From positions 320,377 through 384,376 of the forward strand of contig NZ_JAKRWM010000006.1 in assembly GCF_022352055.1 (NCBI RefSeq): a DNA stretch of 64,000 nucleotides, given 5' to 3'. This stretch comes from Cohnella mopanensis (GTDB taxonomy: Bacteria > Bacillota > Bacilli > Paenibacillales > Paenibacillaceae). Positions 9,659 through 20,000 of this stretch are shown in pieces (positions within the stretch are counted from its first letter, which is position 1; each line of letters opens with the position of its first letter). The notes beneath the pieces are model-generated. The model made no database searches. It saw only the letters and a program-made list of their open reading frames with translations, and was not told where the DNA came from. The translations under genes were made by a program, and so were the position numbers.

Positions 9659-10757
9659 ATTGGCTCACATTCTCCGCTGTAAAATCGAGCGGCTCTCCCA
9701 TAATGACCATATCCCCGTTCAAACGAATGTTCCCGACCCCGTCGATCTCCTGTCCGTCCATCGGCATTTGCCCATTCAAATAATTGTATGCCAGCATGAT
9801 CGTCAGATAGCCAAGCTTCTTCGGACTCCACAGCGTAGCGATCTGTGCGGAGCCTTCCCGGAGATACGGGCCCATCAGATTGGGGCTCGATAATCCGACA
9901 ACCTTCACGGAGCCTGATTTCCCGGCTTCCTTCACCGCATGTGCCGCAGCGGGCGGCCCGACCGAAGAATTGCCTAGAATCCCATCCAGATTAGGGTAAT
10001 CTTCGAGCAGCTTCTTAGCGACCTCATACGCCTTCTCCTGATCGTCGTCGGTCGCTACGGTTGCCACGAGATTCATATCCGGATAATATTCGCTTTGCTG
10101 GACATTGATCCACTTCAGCCATTCGTTCAGATTCGCCGCGGCGAACGAGCCCGTCATGATCGCGAAATTGCCTTTCTCCCCCATCGATAAGGCCAGCGTG
10201 TCCAGAAGATGTCTGCCCAGAACTTCCGGTTCGACCATATTCACGAAGAACTCCCTGCATTGGGGCTCGGTATCCGCATCCCAAGTGATCACCTTAATTC
10301 CCGACTTCCGCGCTTTCTGCAGGACGGGCACCAGCTTGACAGGGTCGTTAGCGGAAATGGCAATAAGATCGACCTTCTGGTCGATCAATTGCTCCACAAC
10401 TTGAATTTGACGCTCGGCATCCGCGCTTTCCGGACCGCTTAAGATGACGTCGATTCCGAGATTGTTTGCCGCTTCCTTGGCTCCTAACGCCGCATACCGG
10501 AAATATTCGATCTCGCTTCCCTTCGGTACGAAACCGATCTTATACCGATTTCCGGGAGCAATCGACTGAACCGGTTGAGGGCCCGTAGCGGTTCCGGGTT
10601 CCATCGAATACACCAGTTCATATCGAGTGCTTGATCCGGATTGGCAGGAAGTAATGAATAAGGCGATGATTACAAACGTCGCGATTGTTCGGTACAAAAG
10701 ACTCTCCACCTTTATACCTGGATATCTAACCGATAGCGTGAATATCAAACTGAACAT
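9648..10757 (-). CDS. Periplasmic sugar-binding protein (PBP type I) that is the probable ligand-sensing partner of the downstream kinase/regulator pair.
   Basis: N-terminal signal/anchor and a ribose-binding-protein-like fold. The binding-protein/kinase/regulator triad in front of a sugar ABC transporter is a common Paenibacillus arrangement. Confidence 0.75.
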   Translation of the reverse strand: MFSLIFTLSVRYPGIKVESLLYRTIATFVIIALFITSCQSGSSTRYELVYSMEPGTATGPQPVQSIAPGNRYKIGFVPKGSEIEYFRYAALGAKEAANNLGIDVILSGPESADAERQIQVVEQLIDQKVDLIAISANDPVKLVPVLQKARKSGIKVITWDADTEPQCREFFVNMVEPEVLGRHLLDTLALSMGEKGNFAIMTGSFAAANLNEWLKWINVQQSEYYPDMNLVATVATDDDQEKAYEVAKKLLEDYPNLDGILGNSSVGPPAAAHAVKEAGKSGSVKVVGLSSPNLMGPYLREGSAQIATLWSPKKLGYLTIMLAYNYLNGQMPMDGQEIDGVGNIRLNGDMVIMGEPLDFTAENVSQYDF

Positions 10758-10761
10758 TTTA

Positions 10762-12264
10762 TTATAGAGTAACGTTCTTTAAGCGCATTAACTCTCCCAC
10801 TTTAGCAAACAAAGAACCGTTATGGCCGATCGACATCGCGCAATGGTGGGTAGGCGCCTCCGCGAACCAGCGGGTCATGTAATCATCCGGGTGCATGCGG
10901 AACTTAACCGGAGTTTGGGTGTTGCCGATTCTCATGGTCGGGCCGTCCGTCGCCTCCGCTTCGCTTATGATCATTTTCAGCTTGCCATCCTCGGTTTGCG
11001 TCATACCCAGCGTTGTAATCGGGCCGGTTTTGACCTTCGCCTCCACGGACACCCCCGTGCCTTGCTTGCCGTGATACAGTCCCATTCCCCTTAAGATCGG
11101 TTTCCCCTCCGATATGGCGATATGGAAAGGACCGTCATGGCCGAGCAATATCGTTCCGTCCACGTAATCCACCACGACGATCTCGGAGAAACTGCCTCCC
11201 GTGCCTACGATATCGCAGATTTTCATCCCTAAGGCCGTCTTAAGATCGCCCTCTCCGGCACATGGAATACCGTGCGCGGTGAGCAAGGAATGACCGACGA
11301 TAAAGCCGCCTTGAAGCTTCTCGTATTCGCCGCCCGGCGCGCCATGGTAATAATAGCTGAGGGCATCCAGATCGAATTCCCGCACAAGCTTCTCCTGCGC
11401 CGCCGCAACTCGGCATGACCATTCCAGCTGTTCATCGCTAGGCTTTCTTGCGATCGGATCGGAAGGGGAATCCCCGCTTATTCGGAACATATTATGGACG
11501 GCATCCAGCTTATTCTTCACATCTTGCGGAGTAACTTCTTTTAGCATGCGATCGAGGTCGCACATTTCCAACACTTCGACGTGAAGGCCTGTCTGAGCCT
11601 GTATCATCGTAAAATCGCTGTACATGTCCAACATACCGCTGTACGTATTGCCCAGGAAACCGAATCGGCTGTGCTTCAACGTACGCGGAACCGAAGCCGC
11701 TCGAATCCATTCCTCGATATCCCGCCATGCGCGTATGGCTTCCGCCCTGACATGGGTCGTCTCGTTCGTCAAGGAAATTTCTGGCGTATAATCAAGACCC
11801 AGTATACCATTCACGACCCGGAACGCAATTCCCGCCCGGTTGAACGCATTGGCGAACTCCGGTACCGGGCAAGCGCCGCAATGGGCCAGCCATTCGCCGG
11901 TCGTCGATTGGTCGTAATTAATGCGTTCCGTCGGCTGCAAATTTAGAAAGACAACGGGCGCCGGGCACAATTGATGGACGGGGAGCACGGTAGCGCTCGT
12001 AGAATACGTCGCCGCATGGCAGAATACCAGATCGACGTTCTGGCCGTTCAGCCACTCGCCGGCTTTGCGTCCTTCCGTTTCCGTATCGACTAGGCCGTAA
12101 TTGAACACTTCTCCCCACTGGGACATCCTGTTCTCGATAAACTTGCCATATTCGACTAGCCGGCCGCGCAGCCCGGGAAACTGCTCCCAATACGCTCGCA
12201 GTCCAACGCTATATAGGCCGATGCGCGCCTTGCGAGCCGGTTTGATGGGATTGAATAAAGACAT
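10762..12264 (-). CDS. Sugar isomerase of the L-arabinose isomerase / L-fucose isomerase superfamily (AraA-like, ~500 aa).
   Basis: The length and N-terminal pattern (RIGLYSVGLRAYWEQFPG) resemble the AraA N-domain. The ATG at 12264 (MSLFNPIK) with GAGGTGG RBS 5 nt upstream is preferred over the GTG at 12273. It is divergent to an AraC regulator. Confidence 0.5.
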   Translation of the reverse strand: MSLFNPIKPARKARIGLYSVGLRAYWEQFPGLRGRLVEYGKFIENRMSQWGEVFNYGLVDTETEGRKAGEWLNGQNVDLVFCHAATYSTSATVLPVHQLCPAPVVFLNLQPTERINYDQSTTGEWLAHCGACPVPEFANAFNRAGIAFRVVNGILGLDYTPEISLTNETTHVRAEAIRAWRDIEEWIRAASVPRTLKHSRFGFLGNTYSGMLDMYSDFTMIQAQTGLHVEVLEMCDLDRMLKEVTPQDVKNKLDAVHNMFRISGDSPSDPIARKPSDEQLEWSCRVAAAQEKLVREFDLDALSYYYHGAPGGEYEKLQGGFIVGHSLLTAHGIPCAGEGDLKTALGMKICDIVGTGGSFSEIVVVDYVDGTILLGHDGPFHIAISEGKPILRGMGLYHGKQGTGVSVEAKVKTGPITTLGMTQTEDGKLKMIISEAEATDGPTMRIGNTQTPVKFRMHPDDYMTRWFAEAPTHHCAMSIGHNGSLFAKVGELMRLKNVTL

Positions 12265-12381
12265 CTTTACCACCTCATGATCCTATGGAATAATCGTTAT
12301 GTACCTCATTGTAAAGGCTTACACTTCGGTTTACATCCAACGATCTTGGGTAAAAATAATAGTATCTTGGAGTTGATCCGC

Positions 12382-13254
12382 ATGACCGGTTACCGGGAAC
12401 AGGCATCGCACGACTGGACGGAAGATTCGGTACGAATGATCGCTACGCCTTCCGCATTCGCCAAAGCCGCCTTGTACTACGTACAGGAAGCCGGGCTGTT
12501 CCGTACGATGTCATCTTACTATACAGAACGAGAAAATCTCGATTCCTATTTGATTCTCTACACGACCGGCGGTACCGGATATTTGACGTATGGCAACAAG
12601 ACCTATACGGTAACGCCCAATCAGCTCGTGTATATCGATTGTCGAAAATACCAGTATTATCGAACGGATTTTTCCGATCTGTGGGAGATGCTGTGGATCC
12701 ATTTTAACGGGAGCTCCGCGCCTGCTTATTATGATCGTTTCGCTTCTACGGGGAGTCCGGTCATCACTCTTCCTAGCGAGTCTAGAATACCGGGATTATT
12801 GCAGGAAATCGTCGATCTGCATCAGCATAAGACGATCCAGACGGAATTGTCGGGCTCTCGGGTTATCGTCGACCTCCTTACCGAAGTGCTGCTGACCGGC
12901 CAGTATCCCGAGTCATCCGATCCGGGCATTCCCGCTTCTATTCGGAATGTCATGAATCATTACGATCGCTATTATTCCGCGCGGCTGTCTCTTGACGAAG
13001 TATCCGCTTCCTTCTCGATCGACAAGTACCATCTGTCCAAAGAATTCAAACGATATACCGGCTTCTCCCCGAACGAGTATTTGATTAACACTCGGATTAC
13101 CCGCGCTAAGGAGCTCCTCCGCTTCACGGACATGCCTATTGCCGAGATCGCTTTGGCCGTCGGCGTCGAGAATGTCAGCCACTTCATTAATCTGTTCCGA
13201 AGCCGCGAAGCGCTTACGCCTTTGGTGTACCGCAAGCATTGGCGGCAATCCTAG
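12382..13254 (+). CDS. AraC family transcriptional regulator with a cupin/AraC-binding N-domain and a C-terminal HTH.
   Basis: C-terminal HTH_18 (LSLDEVSASFSIDKYHLSKEFKRYTGFSPNEY...). The start MTGYREQ at 12382 gives a 108-bp divergent promoter region. The ORF-track start at 12277 would abut the isomerase start. Confidence 0.8.
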   Translation: MTGYREQASHDWTEDSVRMIATPSAFAKAALYYVQEAGLFRTMSSYYTERENLDSYLILYTTGGTGYLTYGNKTYTVTPNQLVYIDCRKYQYYRTDFSDLWEMLWIHFNGSSAPAYYDRFASTGSPVITLPSESRIPGLLQEIVDLHQHKTIQTELSGSRVIVDLLTEVLLTGQYPESSDPGIPASIRNVMNHYDRYYSARLSLDEVSASFSIDKYHLSKEFKRYTGFSPNEYLINTRITRAKELLRFTDMPIAEIALAVGVENVSHFINLFRSREALTPLVYRKHWRQS

Positions 13255-13354
13255 AGTAGACAAACGAAAAGGCACACGGAACGAGTCCATGTGCCTACTG
13301 CCTTCTTCTTCCTTGGTGAGCAGAAGCTCAATTTCCGATGCTTCACAGCTCTTT

Positions 13355-14620
13355 TTAGCAACCCATTATATACCGATCCAGGAATGAATTTCGGAATTTG
13401 CCCTGCGGATCATAACGGGAGACCATCTGCCGAAAATCGGGCAGTTTTACGAAAAGCTGTTGCAATCGTTCGGGATTCATCGCGAAAAGCTTGCCCCAAT
13501 GCGGACGAGCATGATAAGGCTGAAGTCGTTGTTCAATAACCGGTAACACTTGTTGAACGGAGGGCCAATCCGCCTTCCACGTAAAATGGATCGCCACAGA
13601 ATCCTGCATGTAACAGGGACTCATCCATAGTTCATCCGCCGCAACCGAACGAATTTCACAAATATGAAGCAGCGGCGAAATGGACGTGCGAATCCCTTGA
13701 ATCGCGGTCAATGCATCGTAAGCGTACTGACGGGGCACCAGATATTCGCTCTGCAGTTCGTCCCCGGCACTCGGCGTAAAATCCATGCGAAAATGCGGCA
13801 GCCTTTCGTGCCATGGCCCCGGTATACCCATCTGTTCGCTGCAATTCTCCGATCCAAGGCCCGGAACCGGATGCTTGCTCGTGCTTGCTAGCGTGGCGCC
13901 GAATAACGAAGGTTCCGTCTGCACAGGGGCCGAATTTGTTAATTTTTGTTTCACCCAAAGCTGATTAAACGACTCGTCCTTCCAGTCGGTGAATAGACTC
14001 ACGCTATAGGCACTGGAGAATATATCATCAAAATGATCTTTAAGCTGCACTAGCGGCAAGTTTTCGTAAACTGATTGGCTTACATTAAAGCTCGAAACGA
14101 CATCCAACGTGATTTTCGTTACGATCCCAATTCCCCCGAGGCTTACTACTGCTCCGGCGAATTCATCGTTTTGCAGATCACGGGAAAAGGTTACCACGTT
14201 CCCATCCGCGGTAACGATCTCCATGGAGTGAACCGCTGTCGCAAGACTGCCGTTGCGGTCGCCAGATCCATGTGTCCCCGTCGCGCATGCACCAGCAACG
14301 CTAATGTGCGGCAGCGACGCCAAATTGTGCAGCGCATAGCCGTGATTGTTAAGATATGTACACAAGTCTCCATAGCGTACTCCGCCTTCTACGGTTACCT
14401 TGTTCCGTTTAAGATCAAAATCGATGAGCCGGTTCAACTTCTGTAGCGAGAGATGGACGCCGTTAGAATCCGCGATACCATTGAATGAGTGGCGCGTGCC
14501 AAGCGGCTTGATTCGGGTGCTGCGCACGACGATTTCCTGTACTTGTTCTAGAGTCTCGGGCGTGTGGATTTCAGTGACGTTATAAGTGTAGTTGCGTGCC
14601 CAATTTTGATGCTTTTGCAT
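13355..14620 (-). CDS. FAD-linked oxidoreductase of the D-arabinono-1,4-lactone oxidase / alditol oxidase (vanillyl-alcohol oxidase) family.
   Basis: N-terminal FAD_binding_4 motifs (GTRHSFNG, GGVRYGDL, ASLPHISVAGACATGTHG) and a C-terminal ALO domain. The RBS is AAAGGAGA. Confidence 0.8.
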   Translation of the reverse strand: MQKHQNWARNYTYNVTEIHTPETLEQVQEIVVRSTRIKPLGTRHSFNGIADSNGVHLSLQKLNRLIDFDLKRNKVTVEGGVRYGDLCTYLNNHGYALHNLASLPHISVAGACATGTHGSGDRNGSLATAVHSMEIVTADGNVVTFSRDLQNDEFAGAVVSLGGIGIVTKITLDVVSSFNVSQSVYENLPLVQLKDHFDDIFSSAYSVSLFTDWKDESFNQLWVKQKLTNSAPVQTEPSLFGATLASTSKHPVPGLGSENCSEQMGIPGPWHERLPHFRMDFTPSAGDELQSEYLVPRQYAYDALTAIQGIRTSISPLLHICEIRSVAADELWMSPCYMQDSVAIHFTWKADWPSVQQVLPVIEQRLQPYHARPHWGKLFAMNPERLQQLFVKLPDFRQMVSRYDPQGKFRNSFLDRYIMGC

Positions 14621-14642
14621 GGTGATATCTCCTTTTTCACAG

Positions 14643-15020
14643 TTAGTAAGTATCTATATGAAAAATCCCTATTTTATTATAATTTTTCAGTTTGTAATTT
14701 ATCATTTCTAGGCTGCGATTTAACATTTCCATCTGTCCTAAAATATTTGCTTTGTGCTGTTCGAGCAGTTCTTTACGTTGCTCACTTGTAGTCGAACCTG
14801 TCAAACATAACACCATGAACTCCTTGATTTCCTCTATAGGCATACCGGTATTTTTGAGGCAGCAAACTAACTCCAACCAAGAAATATCCGTTTCTGAATA
14901 TTTACGGGTACCCGTCTCAGTTCTTTTTAATAATGGCATTAACCCTTCCCTGTCATAATAGCGAAGTGTAGAAATAGGTAAACGCAATCGTTCTGAAACA
15001 TGCTTAATTGTATACTCCAT
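14643..15020 (-). CDS. MerR family transcriptional regulator.
   Basis: HTH (YTIKHVSERLRLPISTLRYYDREGL). The second ATG at 15020 has a GGAGGAG RBS. It sits in an AT-rich patch and is divergent to an aldo-keto reductase. Confidence 0.85.
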   Translation of the reverse strand: MEYTIKHVSERLRLPISTLRYYDREGLMPLLKRTETGTRKYSETDISWLELVCCLKNTGMPIEEIKEFMVLCLTGSTTSEQRKELLEQHKANILGQMEMLNRSLEMINYKLKNYNKIGIFHIDTY

Positions 15021-15116
15021 ATGAAGCTCCTCCACATATTATCAATTTGACCCTTGACCTGAAGTTAAGTTTAGCCTTTATTCTATTTGAATCAAAGTCT
15101 AGGAGGTAACAATAAA

Positions 15117-16088
15117 ATGAAATACAGAAGACTAGGCAAAAGTGGACTAAGGGTAAGCGAAATTGGTCTTGGAAGTTGGATGACTTACGGCTCAGCAACA
15201 GCAGAGGAAACATCGAACGCTTGTATTTCAAAAGCATTTGATTTAGGGATTAATTTCTTCGATACATCTAATTCCTATATAGGCGCCGAGCAAGTACTAG
15301 GCAATGCTTTAAAAGCATACCCTCGCAGTAGTTATGTGCTTGCTACAAAAGTATATTTCCCTCAAGGCGAAGGACCAAATGATCGAGGTTTATCCCGGAA
15401 ACATATCATGGAGCAATGCGACGCCAGTCTGAAACGATTGGGTACCGAGTACATCGACTTATATCAATGTCATCGTTTCGATAATGAGACACCAATTGAA
15501 GAGACGCTCCGCGCGCTGGATGATTTGACCAGCCAAGGCAAAATCCTATATTCGGGAGTCAGTGAATGGTCTGCATCGCAGATAGAGAATGCATCTTCAT
15601 TGGGCAAAACATTAAATTTGCGTCCTTTGATTTCAAATCAACCCATTTACAATTTGTTCGAACGTTACATTGAAAAGGAGAACGTTATCAAGCAGTGCGA
15701 GTTGGAGGGCATTGGTTTAATTGTCTTTTCTCCACTTGCACAAGGTATTTTAACTGGTAAATATAAACCCGGCCACGCCATACCACAAGACAGTAGAGCA
15801 GCTAATAACGAGACAAATGGCGTTATTAACAGCTATTTGCGAGAAGATGTGCTGAATTGCACAGTCAAGCTAGAAGAACTAGCTGCCGAACTTGGTGTTA
15901 CTTTATCGCAGTTCGCTCTTGCATGGGTGTTACGCCAGCCAAATGTGAGCTCAGCCATTATTGGTTCCAGCCGTCCAACACAAATTGAAGAGAACATAAA
16001 AGCTATTGATCTGAACATAACTGCAGATGTACTTTCCCGTGTGGAAGAAATATTAAGTGCGGTTCACAACTTCGCACCAATGAGATAA
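15117..16088 (+). CDS. Aldo/keto reductase (AKR, Tas/YhdN-like).
   Basis: AKR motifs GLGSWMTYG, LIDLYQCHRFD and IGVSEW. ATG at 15117 has an AGGAGG RBS. Confidence 0.9.
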   Translation: MKYRRLGKSGLRVSEIGLGSWMTYGSATAEETSNACISKAFDLGINFFDTSNSYIGAEQVLGNALKAYPRSSYVLATKVYFPQGEGPNDRGLSRKHIMEQCDASLKRLGTEYIDLYQCHRFDNETPIEETLRALDDLTSQGKILYSGVSEWSASQIENASSLGKTLNLRPLISNQPIYNLFERYIEKENVIKQCELEGIGLIVFSPLAQGILTGKYKPGHAIPQDSRAANNETNGVINSYLREDVLNCTVKLEELAAELGVTLSQFALAWVLRQPNVSSAIIGSSRPTQIEENIKAIDLNITADVLSRVEEILSAVHNFAPMR

Positions 16089-16192
16089 TCCATGCTGCTT
16101 TCACTTTATATCCCCCGCGCCAAAGTATCGTTGTATGTGCTATATTCAATGTATTCCATCCGTGGCCAACCCGGAGAGAGGATCGAGCGAAT

Positions 16193-17326
16193 ATGAGAAC
16201 AAAAATGAGAATGCTGCTAGCTTCCTCGATCCTATTAGGAGCTCTACCGCTTACGGCGGGATGCGAGCCCTTTCCTTCCGCTTACGTATTTGCCGCAGAT
16301 CGCCCATTGTCCCAGGATCAGCTCCACCAAGAGCTTAACCGTGCCTGGAGCGAGCGACTGGGGTCCCTTAAAGTTACCTTTTCCGGCAAGGAAGGGACGA
16401 TTAAAAGGGATATGAAAGAAATCTTGAATCATGCCCTCTACTCGGACGACTATTTACATTATATTGTAAAATCATATGGCTACGATGCTACGATCAAGGG
16501 AAACATCGCTACCATTACCTTCAAATTCACCTATTGGGAAACCTTAGCCCAGACCAACGAAGTGAAGCAACGCGTCACCCGCACGCTCAAGCGTATTCTT
16601 ACTCCGGAAATGAACGACTTTCAGAAACAAAAAGCGATTCACGATTGGATCGTGACCAACCTTTCCTACGATACGCGCCTCGTTTCCTATTCCGCATACG
16701 ACGGGATCGTGAACGGCGAGACGGTATGCCAGGGCTATGCTCTTCTAACCTATGAAATGATGAGACAAGCGGGCATTCCGGTGAAGATCGTGGAAGGCAC
16801 TTCGCGGGGCATCGCGCACACTTGGAACCTAGTCCAACTCGGGGGCAAATGGTATCACCTCGACACGACGTGGGATGACCCGGTGCCGGATGAAGCCGGA
16901 CGGATCGTGTATAACTATTACAACTTAACGGATTCCCAGATTAAGATCGATCATAAGTGGAAGCCTTCCGCGTTATATCCGACCGCGGTAACCCCATTCG
17001 ATCAAACATTGGCTTCATTGTCTGGCAAAGGTGCCCCGAAAGCTGACTTTTACAAGAAGCTTTACGAACAACTCGGTTTTGTCTACCTAAGCGATGCCAA
17101 TACGGCCACCAGCCTGCAGGAGTTAACGAGCCTCATCAAATCCGCGGTAGATAAGCGCCAGAAGCAATTAATCGTTCGTTACACCAATGGAGTTACGTTC
17201 AAGTCGGATATGAAAAAAGCTTTCTCCGCGCAGAAGGGGCTATCCAGCTATAGCTATTCCTATGAGGACTACACTCCTACGACGATGAATGATAAGCTGC
17301 TGCGTATTAAGTTTACTTATTCTTGA
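16193..17326 (+). CDS. Secreted transglutaminase-like cysteine protease superfamily protein.
   Basis: Signal peptide plus a transglutaminase core (CQGYALLTYEMMR...HTWNLVQLGGKWYHLDTTWDD) with a Cys-His-Asp triad. Confidence 0.7.
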   Translation: MRTKMRMLLASSILLGALPLTAGCEPFPSAYVFAADRPLSQDQLHQELNRAWSERLGSLKVTFSGKEGTIKRDMKEILNHALYSDDYLHYIVKSYGYDATIKGNIATITFKFTYWETLAQTNEVKQRVTRTLKRILTPEMNDFQKQKAIHDWIVTNLSYDTRLVSYSAYDGIVNGETVCQGYALLTYEMMRQAGIPVKIVEGTSRGIAHTWNLVQLGGKWYHLDTTWDDPVPDEAGRIVYNYYNLTDSQIKIDHKWKPSALYPTAVTPFDQTLASLSGKGAPKADFYKKLYEQLGFVYLSDANTATSLQELTSLIKSAVDKRQKQLIVRYTNGVTFKSDMKKAFSAQKGLSSYSYSYEDYTPTTMNDKLLRIKFTYS

Positions 17327-17337
17327 GAAGATCCTGC

Positions 17338-18264
17338 TTAAGGATAAATATTAATTCGCTTCAAGATTCCGTAATCGAATACGATAAGGTTCCCGTCGTT
17401 ATCGACGGACATCAATAGCTTGTAGGGATCAAGTTTTAGTTCATCTTCCGATGTTATCGGCCAGTTGAGCGTATCGGGAAGGCCGTAAATCCCCGTATGG
17501 AAAGACACGTCTTCGAGATTGGCGTAGAGCAATATTTCGCCGTTCAGGCTTACGCGATGTACGGTTTTCTTGTTATCCAGCACATAGAAATAACCGTTGG
17601 ATGCTGTTACATTCTGAATCGATGTGACATCTAAAGCGACTTCGGCGAACTTTTCCACCGCTTTTCCGTTCCACTTGAAGATCTTTCCGCCCTTGGTGTC
17701 ATAAAAGTAGACCACTCCGTCCCGAACGGTCGAGAACAACCGGGTTTTATCCGCCGTTCGGGAGGAATCCGCCACTTCTAAAGCCTTCCCCTTAGCAGAA
17801 GAATAGATCATCTGAGATTGCGGGTCCCCATAGTAAAAGGTCTCGTCATCCACGGACGCAAAGAAATTATCTTCTAGATTGTAGTAACCTTGGGTATTGA
17901 TCTGGTAGGAAACCATTCTGACTTCCGGCAAAATAGAGAAAACGACCGTCCGCATTCTAACGGGCGAATCGGACTCCGCGCTCTCCCCAAGCAAATACAA
18001 GGAATCTGTTGCCTCGTTATAGAAAAGCCTTCTAGGAACGAACTCCGAATAAGCAAAGCTGCCTTTGTTATTCTCCTTCAATGTGTATTCGAAATTAAAC
18101 TTTTGATCGATCGACGTAATAACCGTAAACTTGTTGTCTGCACGAGGATCGTATTTCTTAATCTGAAACCCCTTGTTAGGGTCCTTCTCAAGAATATAAA
18201 CTTGATTGTTCTTCGCGGCAGCTATGCTGCTCGCATAAACTTTCATTTTATCAAGGTGAGACAT
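17338..18264 (-). CDS. Hypothetical protein of 308 aa, possibly a beta-propeller-like fold.
   Basis: Long ORF with host-like codon usage. No recognisable motif. Confidence 0.5.
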   Translation of the reverse strand: MSHLDKMKVYASSIAAAKNNQVYILEKDPNKGFQIKKYDPRADNKFTVITSIDQKFNFEYTLKENNKGSFAYSEFVPRRLFYNEATDSLYLLGESAESDSPVRMRTVVFSILPEVRMVSYQINTQGYYNLEDNFFASVDDETFYYGDPQSQMIYSSAKGKALEVADSSRTADKTRLFSTVRDGVVYFYDTKGGKIFKWNGKAVEKFAEVALDVTSIQNVTASNGYFYVLDNKKTVHRVSLNGEILLYANLEDVSFHTGIYGLPDTLNWPITSEDELKLDPYKLLMSVDNDGNLIVFDYGILKRINIYP

Positions 18265-18376
18265 AGAGTTAGTAGGTCGAAAGGACAGTAGATCAACCGT
18301 CGGCTTCTCTAGACTCGTATATTTACTCCGTTAAATATTTCTATAATAAATGGAATTTTCCTCCACAAACTCCGTA

Positions 18377-18892
18377 CTACTCCCAAGGATATTTCGTAAC
18401 CAAATAGTCCGCGAATTTCTTACTTTCTTCCCTGCGCTGCTTTCGCATTTCCGTCCGGTGCTCGGCGGTCTCGAACAGCTTGTGCTCCTCTTCGGTCTCG
18501 GGTACGATCTGCGGAACCGGGATCTTCTTATTGTCTTCGCCTAGAGCGACGAAAGTGAGGAAGGAAGTCGCCGCGATCTTCCTTTCTCCGCTCCTGAGAT
18601 CTTCGCGGATCACCTTGACGAACACCTCCATTGAACTTTTGCCCGTCCAGGTCACGAAGGACTCTAACGATACGGAATCGGTTGGCCGGATCGGATACAG
18701 AAAATCGACGGAATCGGTCGAGGCCGTAACTGCCGTAACGCGGCATAGTTTAGACGCCGAGATGGAGGCGATGTCGTCGATGTAGGACATCAGTTTACCT
18801 CCGAACAACGTATCGTGATTGTTCACGTCGGTGGGAAATACCCTGGACACCTTGAAACATCGGGTTTCCCTAGCGAATTTAAGCTCTTGCAT
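18377..18892 (-). CDS. Acyl-CoA thioesterase (hotdog fold, YciA/YkhA-like).
   Basis: Conserved FGG motif and hotdog pattern (VNNHDTLFGGKLMSYIDD). The start MQELKF at 18892 is preferred over the ORF-track start. Confidence 0.75.
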   Translation of the reverse strand: MQELKFARETRCFKVSRVFPTDVNNHDTLFGGKLMSYIDDIASISASKLCRVTAVTASTDSVDFLYPIRPTDSVSLESFVTWTGKSSMEVFVKVIREDLRSGERKIAATSFLTFVALGEDNKKIPVPQIVPETEEEHKLFETAEHRTEMRKQRREESKKFADYLVTKYPWE

Positions 18893-18951
18893 CCCGCACC
18901 TTCTTCCCCGCATTTTTTCAGGATATTTTATCCAACCCGCTAACCGACTAT

Positions 18952-19926
18952 TCACTTAAGAAACCGTTCATTCGAGACCAGAAATATATAGGTGTGCATA
19001 ACGCCTTCCGAGTCCGCGACATCCCCCTTGCCGATCGGAAGACCGGTCAAAGTCCTTGGATAGCCGATTTTCAAGTCCTCTTTCGCTCTATTGATCCCCA
19101 GTACGTCAACCAGAGTACCGTCGGACGTCTTGATAATGATTTCGGACTGAATGCCGCCAATAGGACTAAAACTATCAACGTATTCCACCTTCCCCGTGAC
19201 GGTAACCGCTTTTCCATAATAGTTCTGGGGCGCTTCGAACAATTTGGCCGGCGATACCTTCTCACCGTTATTCAAGACTCTGAAGGTCGTCAATTCTTGG
19301 ATGGCTAAGGCTTCATTACCGTTCGTATCGATATCCAAATCCGTCGTATTCCAGTTTGAGACTGGCGTATGCTTAATCCGAATAGATTTCGTGACCTTGG
19401 CAACTACGTTATTTTTAATAGATTCGTAAGTTTCCTTAGAGCACGTATAAGATAAAATGTACAATTTCGCATCCAATGGAACCAACAAGTTATACGCAAC
19501 TACGCTTTCCCCCGTCTCCTTGTCATCGTATTCCTGATAACTTTCGAGCGCCCGAACCCCCGAGGAAGTCCCTGTCGGAAAAATATAAGCGTTTCTCTCG
19601 TTCTCGATTGATAAGTTCCGCAAATCATCCAGTTGCTGAGCGCTATAGGTATTCGCCATTTGGGTTACCGAGGGCGCTTCCGTCTCATACTTTTTAACGA
19701 CGATGCTGAAAGTTTCCCCGATCCCTCCAGAAGGAGCTTCGCTCGCGAAAATAACCCGGTCGTCAAGAACCTCATTCTTGAACGAACCGGGGTAGAGAAC
19801 CGTATAATCAATATTTTCGTAACTCTGAAAGGCTTCGGCCCCTGCTTCCTTATTCGGAGCATCCTCGCTACACGCGGTCAACATGAGGATACACAACAGG
19901 GCGGTAATGAAATATTTTGCAATCAC
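18952..19926 (-). CDS. Hypothetical lipoprotein.
   Basis: Signal peptide with lipobox (LMLTACSED). No catalytic motif recognised. Confidence 0.6.
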   Translation of the reverse strand: MIAKYFITALLCILMLTACSEDAPNKEAGAEAFQSYENIDYTVLYPGSFKNEVLDDRVIFASEAPSGGIGETFSIVVKKYETEAPSVTQMANTYSAQQLDDLRNLSIENERNAYIFPTGTSSGVRALESYQEYDDKETGESVVAYNLLVPLDAKLYILSYTCSKETYESIKNNVVAKVTKSIRIKHTPVSNWNTTDLDIDTNGNEALAIQELTTFRVLNNGEKVSPAKLFEAPQNYYGKAVTVTGKVEYVDSFSPIGGIQSEIIIKTSDGTLVDVLGINRAKEDLKIGYPRTLTGLPIGKGDVADSEGVMHTYIFLVSNERFLK

Positions 19927-20000
19927 TTGGCTGCTCCTTTGCTAGAAAACATCGTAATCCAAACAATATCGGATGATAAGGCGCCAGCGATTAGTTACGC

